64,000 nt of DNA, from the NCBI GenBank assembly GCA_951406725.2, contig OX597835.1, positions 41,478,001-41,542,000 on the forward strand. The letters run 5' to 3'. Source of the DNA: Octopus vulgaris. Its lineage: Eukaryota. Positions 1 through 11,098 of the stretch are shown in pieces. Position 1 is the stretch's first letter; each line of letters opens with the position of its first letter. The translations under genes and the position numbers were made by a program. The notes beneath the pieces were generated by a model. The model was not told the origin of the DNA and searched no databases. It saw only the letters and a list, made by a program, of their open reading frames with translations.

Positions 1-762
1 TTCCAATGAATAATTATTTACAGAAAGTCGACACAAATGTGCCAAAGAAGGAACTGAATGTAATTTTGGTGTAGTAAGTTCCGAAGAATTGTACCTCTTG
101 TTGTTGCAGTCAACCCACACACAGCGATGCCCGTTGTTTAAGAGACACGGGTTTCGTCGGTTGGAATAAAACTGTACAAGGTCTATGATACTTTTGAAAT
201 GAGGCATATATTTTTCTAACCTTTCATCACAGTCTAAATGGAATTCTCCTTTGTTGTATGCGATCCTGACGCTTGTAACTCCTTGCTTCGAACTGACACT
301 CAAAGAATACAAATATTTTGAACTCGAACTAAATCGTATAAGAAATGTTCCGTGTTTAGAATTCTGAAGCAAAGATTTCGCATCCGCATTACTGATGGAT
401 TCGTAAAACCATTTTCCGTTATGTAAACACTGTTCGTTGTAAGAAAGAACGTGAAGATCGTTAAAGGATTCTTGGGGCAGCGATAAAGGAGCACTTGATT
501 CCCATCGCGAACTTGTTTGAACGTAACCCCGAATCCTCTTATTATTATTAGTAGTAGTAGTAGTAATAGTAGTAGTCGTAGTCGCAGTAGTATCGATCTC
601 CGTGGCTTGGTTACCTGTTGCAGCTTCTGTACCTCCGAAGTCCTCCGCAACTTGCTTGTTGTAATCCAGCTTGGTAGTGTTACCTTGCGCTTTCTTTGTG
701 ATTTTCTCCCCGTGTTTTAAACACGAGTTGTATAGCTTCAAACAGCAGGAAGACGGAGACAT
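1..762 (-). CDS. SOCS2: SOCS2/CISH-like suppressor of cytokine signalling (SH2 + SOCS box), 3'-truncated by the window edge
   Basis: Manual minus-strand translation from ATG 762, with an in-frame TGA just upstream, is open for 254 codons to the edge: MSPSSCCLK...LHNGKWFYESISNADAKSLLQNSKHGTFLIRFSSSSKYLYSLSVSSKQGVTSVRIAYNKGEFHLD... (SH2, resembling SOCS2 WYWGSMTVNEAKEKL..GTFLIRDSS), then VPSLAHLCRLSVN (SOCS-box BC motif). Absent from the ORF track, probably because it has no stop in the window. SOCS2 versus CISH orthology is not resolved. Confidence 0.9.
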   Translation of the reverse strand, partial: MSPSSCCLKLYNSCLKHGEKITKKAQGNTTKLDYNKQVAEDFGGTEAATGNQATEIDTTATTTTTITTTTTNNNKRIRGYVQTSSRWESSAPLSLPQESFNDLHVLSYNEQCLHNGKWFYESISNADAKSLLQNSKHGTFLIRFSSSSKYLYSLSVSSKQGVTSVRIAYNKGEFHLDCDERLEKYMPHFKSIIDLVQFYSNRRNPCLLNNGHRCVWVDCNNKRYNSSELTTPKLHSVPSLAHLCRLSVNNYSLE

Positions 763-828
763 GTTTCTAAAAACGATGTCGAAGACGGAGACGACAGCTG
801 TGCTTCATAACACATGGTTCTCCGTCCA

Positions 829-1290
829 TTTATAACACAGCCAACTTTTTTCCGAGAAAACGAAATAGCATTATTGTAATGAGGAGCGGAGGGAGGAAGA
901 GCGACTATACACGCTGAGGTGGTAGCAGTCGGAGGGCACTGATGTAATAGAGAGGTATTAGGGAGGGGGAAGGGGAGGCGACAAGCACGTTGCAAATTGG
1001 AGGGGAAGTACGTTTTTCTTAGAAAACTAAAAATGCTAAGAAAGTGATGAAAGTGAAACACTATTATCGCTAAAGAGACTTTGCGGTTAACTAGCAAATT
1101 CACCGAAAATGTAAATTATCTTCCATTTGGGAAAATATAACGCCAACATCTCGTTTCATTCACTTCTGATTTCTAAGGAGTTAGTCACTAATTAACGGAA
1201 TGTGTTTATTTTGAATTATTAACCAGAAAGTATTAAAAAATGTTTTCCTTCGGATTTTGTTTATTATATTTCCACAGAAGTTTCAAGGAA
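829..1290 (-). promoter_or_regulatory. Putative SOCS promoter: TATA box plus clustered STAT/GAS sites
   Basis: TATAAA on minus at 829-834. TTC-N3-GAA at 850-858 (TTCCGAGAA), 1016-1024 (TTCTTAGAA), 1099-1107 (TTCACCGAA) and 1282-1290 (TTCAAGGAA). TTC-N4-GAA at 1270-1279. Confidence 0.6.
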
Positions 1291-1600
1291 CAGGAGGTAG
1301 GGACATCTCTATTCTGAAACTCCCTGGAATGCGTACTTACGCCCTCGAACACACATACACACAGATAAGAGATAGATGCATATACACACAATATATTTAT
1401 ATCGTATGGACATTGTGTGTGTGTGTATAATGAATGTATATTTAAAATAAAGTGTATGTACTATATATTTAATTTCCATTAAATACACATTATATAAGTA
1501 TTTATCTTTAATTTATATTACAAATATACATGCATGTTTGTAATATGCATACACACACAACTTCGCCGGTTGCCAAACAAAAATGAAAGTAGTTGTAAGG

Positions 1601-1637
<37 letters not shown>

Positions 1638-1908
1638 CGTGTTTCAGTCATTAGACTGCGGCGATGCTGGGGCAACGGTTCGAAGAGTTTTTAGTCGAAT
1701 GTATCGACCCCCATACTTATTTTTTAAAAGCCAGGTACTTATTGTGGGATGGTTTTGCCGAACCGTTAAGTTACGGGGACGTAAACACATCAGCACCGGT
1801 TGTCAAGAGGTGGTGGCGGTTCACAGACACATACATATATGGTGGTGGTGGGGGCAAATTAGTAACCGGGGTAAAATGAATTCTCGTTGATTTATTATTT
1901 TTTTTATT

Positions 1909-2273
1909 TGTTTCAGTCATTTGACTGTAGCCATGCTGGAGCACTGCCTTTAGTCGAGCAAATCGACCCCAGGACTTATTCTTTGTAAGCCTAGTACTTA
2001 TTCTATCGGTCTTTTTTGCCGAACCACTAAGTTAAGGGGACGTAAACACACCAGCATCGGATGTCAAGCGATGTTGAGGGGACAAACACACACATAGATA
2101 CATATACATATGACGGGCTTCTTTCAGTTTCCGTCTACCAAATCCACTCACAAGATTTTCGTCGGCCCGAGGCTATAGTAGAAGACACTTGGCCAAGGTG
2201 CCACGCAGTGGGACTGAACCAGGAACTATGTGGTTGGTATGCAAGCTACTTACCACACAGCCACTCCTGTGCC
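1909..2273 (-). mobile_element. tRNA-derived SINE, family A (head ggcgtaggagtggctgtgtggtaag..., internal CA/TA tract)
   Basis: Near-identical copies at e.g. 26938-27250(+), 29108-29495(+), 33613-33933(+), 39490-39887(-), 47020-47359(-), 57195-57573(+), 61418-61780(+) and 63720-64000(-). A/B-box-like head. Confidence 0.8.
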
Positions 2274-2600
2274 TATGCTTATCACACAGCCCTCCACACC
2301 TGTTTAAACTCATTACAATGCAAGTATTGCATCGTGATTATGTATAGTTGCATTATCTTCAAGTGTAAAAATTAGTCAGCATTCTTATGAATGAGTCCGA
2401 AGCAGGCAGTTGACAGGTATTTTTTCCAAAATATTTTCCTCCACCCGATTGTAATTAAGGTTGTTATTCTTTACTCTATTGGTTTCCGTCTACCAAATAC
2501 CCGAGGTATTGTAGAAGACACTTGCCCAAGGCGCCACGCAGTGGGATTGAACCCCATGACTCATATGGTTGGGAAGCAAGCTTCCTACAGCCATGTCTAC

Positions 2601-2829
2601 GCCGAGTTGGCAGACACGTTAGCGCGCCGGGCGGAATGCTTAGCGGTATTTCGTCTGTCGTTACGTTCTGAGTTCAAATTCCGCCGAGGTCGACTTTGCC
2701 TTTCATCCTTTCGGGGTCGATAAATAAAAGTACCAGTTTCGCACTGGGGTCGATGTAATCAACTTAATCCCTTTGTCTGTCCTTGTTTGTCCTCTCTATG
2801 TTTAGCCCCTTGTGGGCAATAAAGAAATA
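2601..2829 (+). mobile_element. tRNA-derived SINE, family B (ggcgagctggcaga...gagttcaaattcc...aaagaaata)
   Basis: B-box GAGTTCAAATTCC. Further copies at 37279-37517, 39894-40040(-), 42995-43223, 43421-43592(-), 47704-47887 and 55948-56170. Confidence 0.8.
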
Positions 2830-2994
2830 TATATATGTGTGTGTGTGTAAATTTGTATATAAAATTTTTTTTTATTTAATTACTCAAATAAAAAATGGAA
2901 AAAGAGGAAGGAAAGAAAAAGAAGAGGAAAGCAATAAATTAAGAACAAAGGAAGAACCATCAATTCAACTCCAAGAGCCTCAACACACACTTAT

Positions 2995-3026
<32 letters not shown>

Positions 3027-3033
3027 GTGCACG

Positions 3034-3064
<31 letters not shown>

Positions 3065-3809
3065 CTTCTGAGGTTCTGGATTTTACTTTCACTTTATTCT
3101 GCAACTGTTAGAAAAATTAAAAAATTTTTTTTTCTAAACCTTGCTATTAAAAGTTGTCCTTGGACAAAATCTCACCGGGAGTCTGGGAGGCTTTCATCCC
3201 TCCCTCATCCCTGCATCTTACAGGCCCATAAAGTAACATGCCACCAGTCAAGTATTTGAGTCAATATCTAGAACTAGTTATTTATGGTTATATTAAAGCT
3301 TGACACGAGGCAGATATTTTGGACGATGCTGCTACTACTGACCATTACCATTTCCACCATCACAAAAGTACATCTCACTTGACCTAGAAAAATCTTCTGT
3401 TGAATGCAACATTGCTGTCGATGTGTGTGCAGAAAATTTTTGCATTATCTTTTTATATTTTACCCGTTTCAGTCACTGGACTGTGGTCATGCTGGAGTAT
3501 CTCGACGGTCTGAGTTGAGCAAATTGACCCCCAATATTTGTTATTTTTTTAAAGTCTGGTACTTTATTCTGATTTTGATTTTGATTTTTCCAGTTTCAGC
3601 TAATGAGCTGTGGCCATGCTGGGGCACCGCCTAATGGTCTTTTTTGCAGAACTGCTGAATTATGAGGGGATGTAAACAAAAGCACACGTGTCTGCTTACT
3701 TACCTAAGTTTTAACATCGTCTCCTTCAAAATAGTCACTTTGCATAGCAATAAACTGGACCTAGTGTTCCTGTCACATTTTGAATCTGGCCTAGAATGCA
3801 GTTTCTGTA

Positions 3810-4810
3810 AGTGAGTATAGTGAAGAATTCCAGGTAGGAGTAGGGGTCCACCAAGGATCAGTGCCTTCTTATTTATCATAGTCCTCCAAGCAATAACAGA
3901 GGAATTCAAGACAGGGTGCCCCTGGGAGCTCCCCTATGCTGATGACCTTGCTCTAATAGCTGAGTCACTACCAGAACTAGAAACATGGGCTGTGACTGCT
4001 GAGGCATGTAGGCTTGAAAGAAACGAGGCTTCTTTGCTCTGCTGGATGTGTGTGCATACATTATAGAGTGTAAGCAACCTGAGAGGAAAGTTAGGCATAA
4101 GAAGCATCAGATGTGATGTGCAAGAGAGATGACTGCACTGATATGGTCAGACTCAACACAGGCCTACATCAAGTACCTGGAGGAGGTAGTGCTGCCCTGG
4201 GTGAAGAGGGTGACTGCTAGAAGCCCCTATTTCTGGCAACAGGACTCTGCACCATGCCACACAAGCAGGAGAACACAGTCATAGCTGTCAGACAGTATAC
4301 TGGTATGGTCATGTGTTATGTATGGATGAGGAGAGCTGTGTGAAGAAGTGTCACCACACCCTAATAGTAGAGGGAACCTGTAGAAGAGGAAGACCTGGGA
4401 TGAAGTGGTGAAGCATGACCTTCAAACGCTGGGCCTCACAGAGGCAATGACAAACGACTGAGACCTTTGGAGATATACTGTGCTTGAGAAGACCTAGAAA
4501 GCCAAGTGAAATCATGGCCATAACATATGCCAGTGTTGCATAACCAGCCCATTTAAGAGTACCCTTAAATTGTTGGGCAATATTTTGTGCTTGAGAAGTG
4601 AAATTATTGTTGTGGCCAATGCCAGTACTGCCTGACTGGCACCTGTGCCAGTGCTGGTGGCACATAAAAAGCACAATTTGAGCATAATCGTTGACAGTGC
4701 CGTCGGACTGGCTCCCATGCTAGTGACATGTAAAAAGCACCATAGCAGCGTGGTCAATGCCAGTGCTGCTTAACTGGCCCACATGCCACTGGCACGTAAA
4801 AAGCACCCAC
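3810..4810 (+). mobile_element. Degenerate RTE-clade LINE (RT fragment + 3' region)
   Basis: Translates to EYSEEFQVGVGVHQGS...LFIIVLQAITEEFKTGCPWELPYADDLALIAESLPELE (YADD at 3935-3946). Carries frameshifts and deletions. Confidence 0.8.
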
Positions 4811-5263
4811 TAGCCTTGGTGTAATTATTGATGATGCTGTTGTGTAGAACTCGTGAATATGTGCTGTTTTCTACTAGATATAAGTTCTTGGTTTTATCGG
4901 AAAAAAGTGCCTTTTTTTGGGAACTTTTTATGTAATTGATATCTTTTTTCAGTTTCTGTTGGAAAATGTTAAAAGACTTATGAAATTTTATTTTGCGAGT
5001 GTGTATGCAGGTATGTATATATTTTTTGGCAAATGTGCAGGTGAGCATGTGTGTGTTTCAAGTGAGGGTGGATGAGTATATACTTATAGGCGCATGTACG
5101 TGGGTGTGTGGGCACGCATGTGTAGTTATGGACATGTGCACTTACGTGAATACTATGACCATTTTTACTCCCTTACCTTTATTCCCTCCCCTTACTTAGG
5201 GGTCATTCTAATAGCTCTTTTGTCTTAATAACGGTCATTTTCATAGTATTTTTTCGATGGCCG

Positions 5264-5324
5264 GATAACTGAAGAGATGGCGGTGTGGGTTTCCGCCCTG
5301 GCATCCGAAACTTGGAGTTTTATC
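5264..5324 (+). ncRNA. Type-I hammerhead ribozyme motif
   Basis: GATAA-CTGAAGA-GATG..stem II..CATC(C)-GAAA-CT[TGG]AG-TT-TTATC; stem I is GATAA/TTATC. Confidence 0.55.
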
Positions 5325-5379
5325 ATGGCTACCGAATAATTGTCACATATTATATTTACATATATATACATACACACAC

Positions 5380-6213
5380 AGAGAGTGATGGCTAAATTGT
5401 CACCATTTTAATTTCATGCATGCAAATATTTTTTTTGATTTTGTTGACTACACAGTATAGTAGGGTCAGTTGGGCACTGTCTGAGAAAAACGGCATCATG
5501 ATGCAATTCACTCTGCCAGAAATTTGGACACGACATACTGTACTGTTTGGCATTTGTGCTAGAAGCTCCAATACAAACATTTCAGAGTGTTTGGGTATCA
5601 ATCTGAGGACATGTCAAACATTCAGTCAACATCATGGTGTTTGGAGTGATCACTAGTAATGGTGATGTTATGCCTCCATTCATCTTCCCATGCGACCTCA
5701 GACTCAAAAGAGAGGCCTACATCAAGTACCTGGAGGAGGTAGTGCTGCCCTGGGTGAAGAGGGTGACTGCTAGAAGACCCTATTTCTGGCAACAGGACTC
5801 TGCACCATACCTCACAAGCAGGAGAACACAGTCATAGCTGTCAGACAATTTCTGCAACCACATCACCCCTAACATCTGGCCACTGAACTCCCCAGACTGC
5901 AACCCCCTTGATTATTATGTGTGGGGAGACCAACAAAACTCCTTGTAACACCAAAGATGAACTGAAGGCAAGAATTATGGCAGCATTCACCAACCTGAAC
6001 AAGGAGACCGTCCAGAAGAGTTGAAGGAGATTCCGAAGTTATCTGGCAGATATTGTTGAAGCCAATGGCCATTTTATTGAAAAAATTTACTCTTTCGTAT
6101 TTCAAGATATTTTTATGTAATTTCTGGTAAAAATATCTGTTAAAATGAAATGTCAGCATCATTTTCATTTTTGCATAATCTAGACGACAGACAGTTTATT
6201 AACCACACCCTGT
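5380..6213 (+). mobile_element. Internally deleted Tc1/mariner transposon, maT (DD37D) type
   Basis: Transposase relic MVFGVITSNGDVMPPFIF...WQQDSAP-x-WPLNSPDCNPLDYYVW, with 37 residues between the two Asp and one in-frame stop. Right end is CACCCTG-TA. A second 3' fragment lies at ~11656-11890. Confidence 0.8.
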
Positions 6214-6216
6214 ATG

Positions 6217-6254
<38 letters not shown>

Positions 6255-6630
6255 CATACAAAGCCTGCTATTTACATACATGTGTAAAGGGTGAACATTT
6301 CTATATGTTATGTTGGATACATTGGTTGTTTGTCTGGTATATTGATTTTGTTCATTCATTATAAATCTTGAATTATGCTTGTACTGAAGATTAACTAGTG
6401 CATTACTGCACTAATTATGAAATCACGGTGATATGCAGCTAAATTCTGTTTTTAAATGACTTGCTTCGAGAGTTACATTTGGTACGGTGTGTTTATTTAT
6501 TTTAGTAGTTTTCACTTTAAGAGTCCCTCCTAGCGTGTGGCATTTATGTATAGTAATGCCCTCTGCATCTGTATATAAATGTATCCATCTATATCATGAC
6601 CTGGGCCAATCTTTGTCTGTCTGTCTGTCT

Positions 6631-6847
6631 AAGAGGTGCTGAAAAGTTCCTAGCTTTGGGTAAAAGAAAATACAAGAAGATCAGTTAATTATGATTTTAC
6701 TCAACATATTCTCCTCTCAGATTCGAACACTTATTGCAGCAGTCCTTCAGCTTTTCTAAGTTCTGTGAAAAGAACTCGGAAGGCAGAGTCTCCAACCAGG
6801 CTTTTCACAATACCCTAAATGCCTGGAACTTTTCAGCACCACCTCGT
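6631..6847. mobile_element. Mariner-type MITE
   Basis: TIRs GAGGT(GGT)GCTGAAAAGTTCC / GGAACTTTTCAGCACCACCTCG. A second copy in opposite orientation lies at 19568-19786. Confidence 0.7.
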
Positions 6848-6888
6848 CTGTCTGTCTCTCCCCTCCCCCATATATATATATATATATA

Positions 6889-7190
6889 TCACCATGACTG
6901 ACCAGGCTGTCAGATGTTGCTACACATCGCTGGTCACAATGCACTTCGCATTGTTTTAGCCTTCAAATGACGCCACCCCACTGGCTAAGCGAGCAGGGCA
7001 ACAGAAGAAAGAGTGAGAGAAAGTTGTGGTGAAAGAGTACAGCAGGGATCGCCAACACCCCTGTCAGAACCTCGTGGAACTTTAGGTGTTTTCGCTCAAT
7101 AAACACTCACAACGCCCGGTATGGGAATCGAAACCGCGATCGTGCAACCGTGAGTCCGCTGCCCAACCACTGGGCCATTGTGCCTCCACA
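6889..7190 (-). mobile_element. tRNA-derived SINE, family D (gtggaggcgcaatggcccagtggttagggcagcggactc...)
   Basis: A-box TGGCCCAGTGG and B-box GGTTTCGATTCCC on minus. Copies at 18346-18642, 48650-49032, 53770-53958 and 61995-62286. Confidence 0.75.
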
Positions 7191-7689
7191 CACACACACA
7201 CAGCTGTTTGTTTGCTTTCCCTTTATTCTCTTTGTTTACCTCATTTCTTGACAGGTGAAGCTGCATTTGCAGTTTACGATGTATCAGTATTTATTATTTA
7301 TTTTAACTGTGACATGCTTATGAAATTTTTGTCACATTATGCAATAAATGAGTTGCTCACTCCATCCCCTTAACATATACATATAGATAGATTGACAGAC
7401 AGACCAAGTGAGCTAACAGAATTGTTAGCACACTGGGTACAATGCTTGATGCCATTTTGTCTTTCTTTACATTCTAAATTCAGAGGTCGCTGAGGTCAAT
7501 TTTGCTGTTCATCCTTTCAAGGTAAATAAAATAAGGGCCATTTGAGTGCCCGGGTTGATGCAATTGATTTACCCCTTGCTCCCAAGTTGCTGGCCTTGTG
7601 CCAAAATTTGAAACCAATTTATATATGATTCCCTCTCAACCATGTGGCAATGAGTTTTTACTGGAGGAAAAGCTATTTATATTTTTACT

Positions 7690-9734
7690 GAACAGATTTA
7701 TGGGGAGGTCGCACAAATTAAACAATTCCACCCAGTCAGTACCAAACAAGTTTGTTACATTTTTTAACACAAAAACTTTTGCTTTCAAGGTTTTAACCCA
7801 AAATGTAACCTCAGTTTTCATGTCACCCCAAAAATATAATTTTTTTTCTTGTGACACTTTTTGCAATTTTTGAAGTTTCCTTTAATGTAGGTTTTCCTAT
7901 TTTTTTTCCATGTGCCAGAGTTAATAATTGTAATATCACTGCTTGTATCTAGCTGTAGCGTCACATTCACATTATTAATTTTTATGAACTTTGTTTTGTG
8001 AGCCTCACCTAGACTTTCAGTTGAGAAAACCTTCCTAGAGTTTTTTTTCCGTTTGACCTTTGTTTTTTCCTGTTTTGCAAAGTGAGCTTTTAGGTTTGAT
8101 TTTTTGACAGTTAAAACATTAAACATTTTTAAATAGACAGTTATTTTTAAAATGTAAAGCTCTGCACCCACAGATTGGATTGGGTCTTTATCTTCATTTT
8201 CTCCCCCTTATCTGTTAGAGGTTGACATGCATGTATGTGTGAGTAATCCTTTTCTCCAATTTTATTTGCACCATGTTATAGATTAATAATTCTCTGACAT
8301 TCCTCTGTCATGCCTGCAGTATTGAATCCTGTTCCTGTTCTAATTTTATCAATATCTGGGCACATATCTCTGCATCTTTACTTGCAGTTAACCCTTAAAC
8401 AAAAATTAGATATCTGAACATGTCTGGGGCTAATTCTTTTAGTTTGAATTTTTTGCATTCTCAGTTGATGATTCTGGCATAGGTTACAAAATCTTCATCA
8501 TCTTGTTTTACTAAATTCAAACACTCCCAGGAAACTTCTCTGAAAATTTTCAATAACAATTTGTTTCATTGAAACAAATTTGGCAGAATGTAGTAGTTAC
8601 AGTCTTTTTCATGTTTGGCAGGGGCTAATTTGCTTAAAAATAGTTGTACCTTTTCATTGTCCATCTAATTTTTGCATTACTCACTGAAAATTTCTTCATA
8701 TCTTTGGAAATATGCAGTAAAAGTAATACCTTCTTCTGGGTTATAACTAAATTCTGAAATTGTGTTTGCTGCGCTATCTGGTGAGAGCAAACTTGAAATA
8801 TTTCTGGACTTCAACATTAATTCCAGCAAGTGTTGATATTGTTGTGGTAATTGAAATTGATGCTGTAACTGTTGTTGCAGTTGCAAGCGCACCAACGGAT
8901 GTTGATAAGTCTTCCAGGTTAACTAATTTTTCTTTGATTTGGTATCAAAAGAAAATGTTAACATCCGATGGAGGCTTCGAATAAACTTGTCACCACTTCT
9001 GTATCCTTCTATACGATAGATTTACAGATTTCATGTAGCAGGGATAAACACAGCTGTTTTCACACAACATTATTTAACTTACTCCACTAAACACGATACT
9101 TCAATAAATACAAACTCTCAACAACTTCCACAAACTTTCAATGACTCCCTTGACTCAACCAATACGCTACTCTTTATGAGAGTCAGGTTAGTCCATTCTT
9201 CCAAACCCACAAGGGTGTCAATGGCTACTCTTTATGAGAGTCAGATTAGTCCATTCTTTATGAGAGTCAGATTAGTCCATTCTTTATGAGTCAGATTAGT
9301 CCATTCTTTATGAGAGTCAGGTTAGTCCATTCTTTATGAGAGTCAGATTAGTCCATTCTTTATGAGAGTCAGATTAGTCCATTCTTTATGAGAGTCAGAT
9401 TAGTCCATTCTTTATGAGAGTCAGATTTGTCCATTCTTTATGAGAGTCAGATTAGTCCATTCTTTATGAGAGTCAGATTAGTTCATTCTTTATGAGTCAG
9501 ATTAGTCCATTCTTTATGAGAGTCAGGTTAGTCCATTCTTAATGAGAGTCAGGTTAGTCCATTCTTTATGAGAGTCAGATTAGTCCATTCTTTATGAGAG
9601 TCAGGTTAGTCCATTCTTAATGAGAGTCAGGTTAGTCCATTCTTAATGAGAGTCAGGTTAGTCCATTCTTTATGAGAGTCGGATTAATCCATTCTTCCAA
9701 ACCCACAAGGGCGTCAATGGCTCTTGCCACAACA
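7690..9734 (-). mobile_element. Degenerate Ty3/Gypsy LTR retrotransposon: 5' LTR (~9000-9734), PBS, gag-protease relic
   Basis: Gag-like ISEFSYNPEEGITFTAYFQRYEEIF; retropepsin-like LQLDTSSDITIIN and NLFGTDWVELFNL. PBS-like TGGTGACAAG (8995 downward) follows ...ATACA. The candidate LTR starts TGTTGTGG at 9734. Multiple stops and frameshifts. Confidence 0.75.
9228..9695. repeat. 26-bp minisatellite, ~18 copies (TCTTTATGAGAGTCAGATTAGTCCAT)
   Basis: Directly visible tandem array with occasional 24-bp variants. Confidence 0.95.
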
Positions 9735-10362
9735 CCATCATAAAAGGTCTTGTCCTTTATTTCCAATTTTCCATGGAAACATGTGCGGCCATGGGGAAGT
9801 AACACCTTGCTTGGAAACCAGTGAGGGTTGGCAACACAAAAGGCAACAGGGCAGAGGAAACCTGGCCTACAAATAGCATCAGAAGCATGCAAGCATGGAA
9901 AAATGGATGTTAAAACAATGATGATAATGATGATATACATACATGTATCTATTCACACAAACATACACACACACACAGCTTATGCATATATACACACTGG
10001 CCTCAATAAGCTGATAATTGGTGTCTTTGTTTAAAAACCTAAGTACAAATATAAGCTAAGCACTTTGAATAGTGAATGTTATCAGTTTGTTGCAGTAGAG
10101 TGTGTGTGTGTGTGTGTGTGAACAGTGTTCAGATTTTGAAGGTGAGGTCACTTCTGGAATCACAAAACAATAAATGTAATGGTTCCTGATCACAACATTG
10201 TCGGTCATTTCACCAAAAATTGTAATAGAGCAGAGTATTTTTTCCCCACCACTTTTCCCACAAGACGAAGATCCTCGTTCTGCTTGCTTCATTAAAAATA
10301 TAAGGTCAAATGCACTTCCTAGCAGATATCAAATGTAGCCTGACCAGGGGTGAGGAGGGAGC

Positions 10363-10400
<38 letters not shown>

Positions 10401-10779
10401 AGAGAAACCCACTTTAGGCCATCACTTTACGCTTTTGCATTGAATGTATTTGATAATGTCGGTTGTAAACTAGTTTCACTTTAAGTCCTACCAATGTCAT
10501 TATATAACCCTTTAGCATTTAAACCGGCCATATCCGGCCAAAAGTATTCTGCCTGTTTCATGTTCAAACTGGCCAGATCTGGTCTCTCACACCAACCCTA
10601 CAATATGATTTTAAAAATTAACAGCTATCTCATCAAAATCTCATAGCTACAAGATAATTCATGATTAGTTCAAGGCAATGTGGATGAAAAAGCATTAGTT
10701 TTGGTAGAATAATGCGAACACTAAAGGGATAAAGTATAAAGGAAGGGTTAAAAATTCAACTCTATAGCTTAAAAGATAT

Positions 10780-10785
10780 TTTATT
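10780..10785 (-). terminator. Candidate NUDT2 polyadenylation signal (AATAAA)
   Basis: TTTATT on plus, ~310 nt downstream of the NUDT2 stop in a non-repetitive AT-rich 3'UTR-like stretch. Confidence 0.4.
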
Positions 10786-11098
10786 AAAAATCATATTATA
10801 TATTTAAATATTTGAGAAGAGTTGCTATTAAAACCATTTCAGGCTATTAAATTTTAGATATGAAAATTTGTATTATTTTTATCTGCACTCCATTTTGATG
10901 AGTTTCATCTCTGATAATTGTTCGGTAGGTCTATATTCAAACCATTTGAAATGTAGTTTAGATGTAAATATCAAGCAAATTTTTTGTCATTAAAGATGAA
11001 GTTAAGAGTTTGACAAATTACTAAGTTGGTTTGGCAATTCATTCTTTCTTTGATTATTTAATTCAACTTCAAAATCTTGCATCACACCAGCACATATA

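Noticed and set aside
300-720. ORF-track entries 300..650(-) and 517..720(+)
   Set aside because: They are alternative frames of the real SOCS CDS (762 to 1, minus); the poly-L/S runs come from the ACT/AGT microsatellite.
9228-9695. 26-bp array as a possible CRISPR array
   Set aside because: The units are directly abutting with no unique spacers, there are no cas genes, and the context is eukaryotic.
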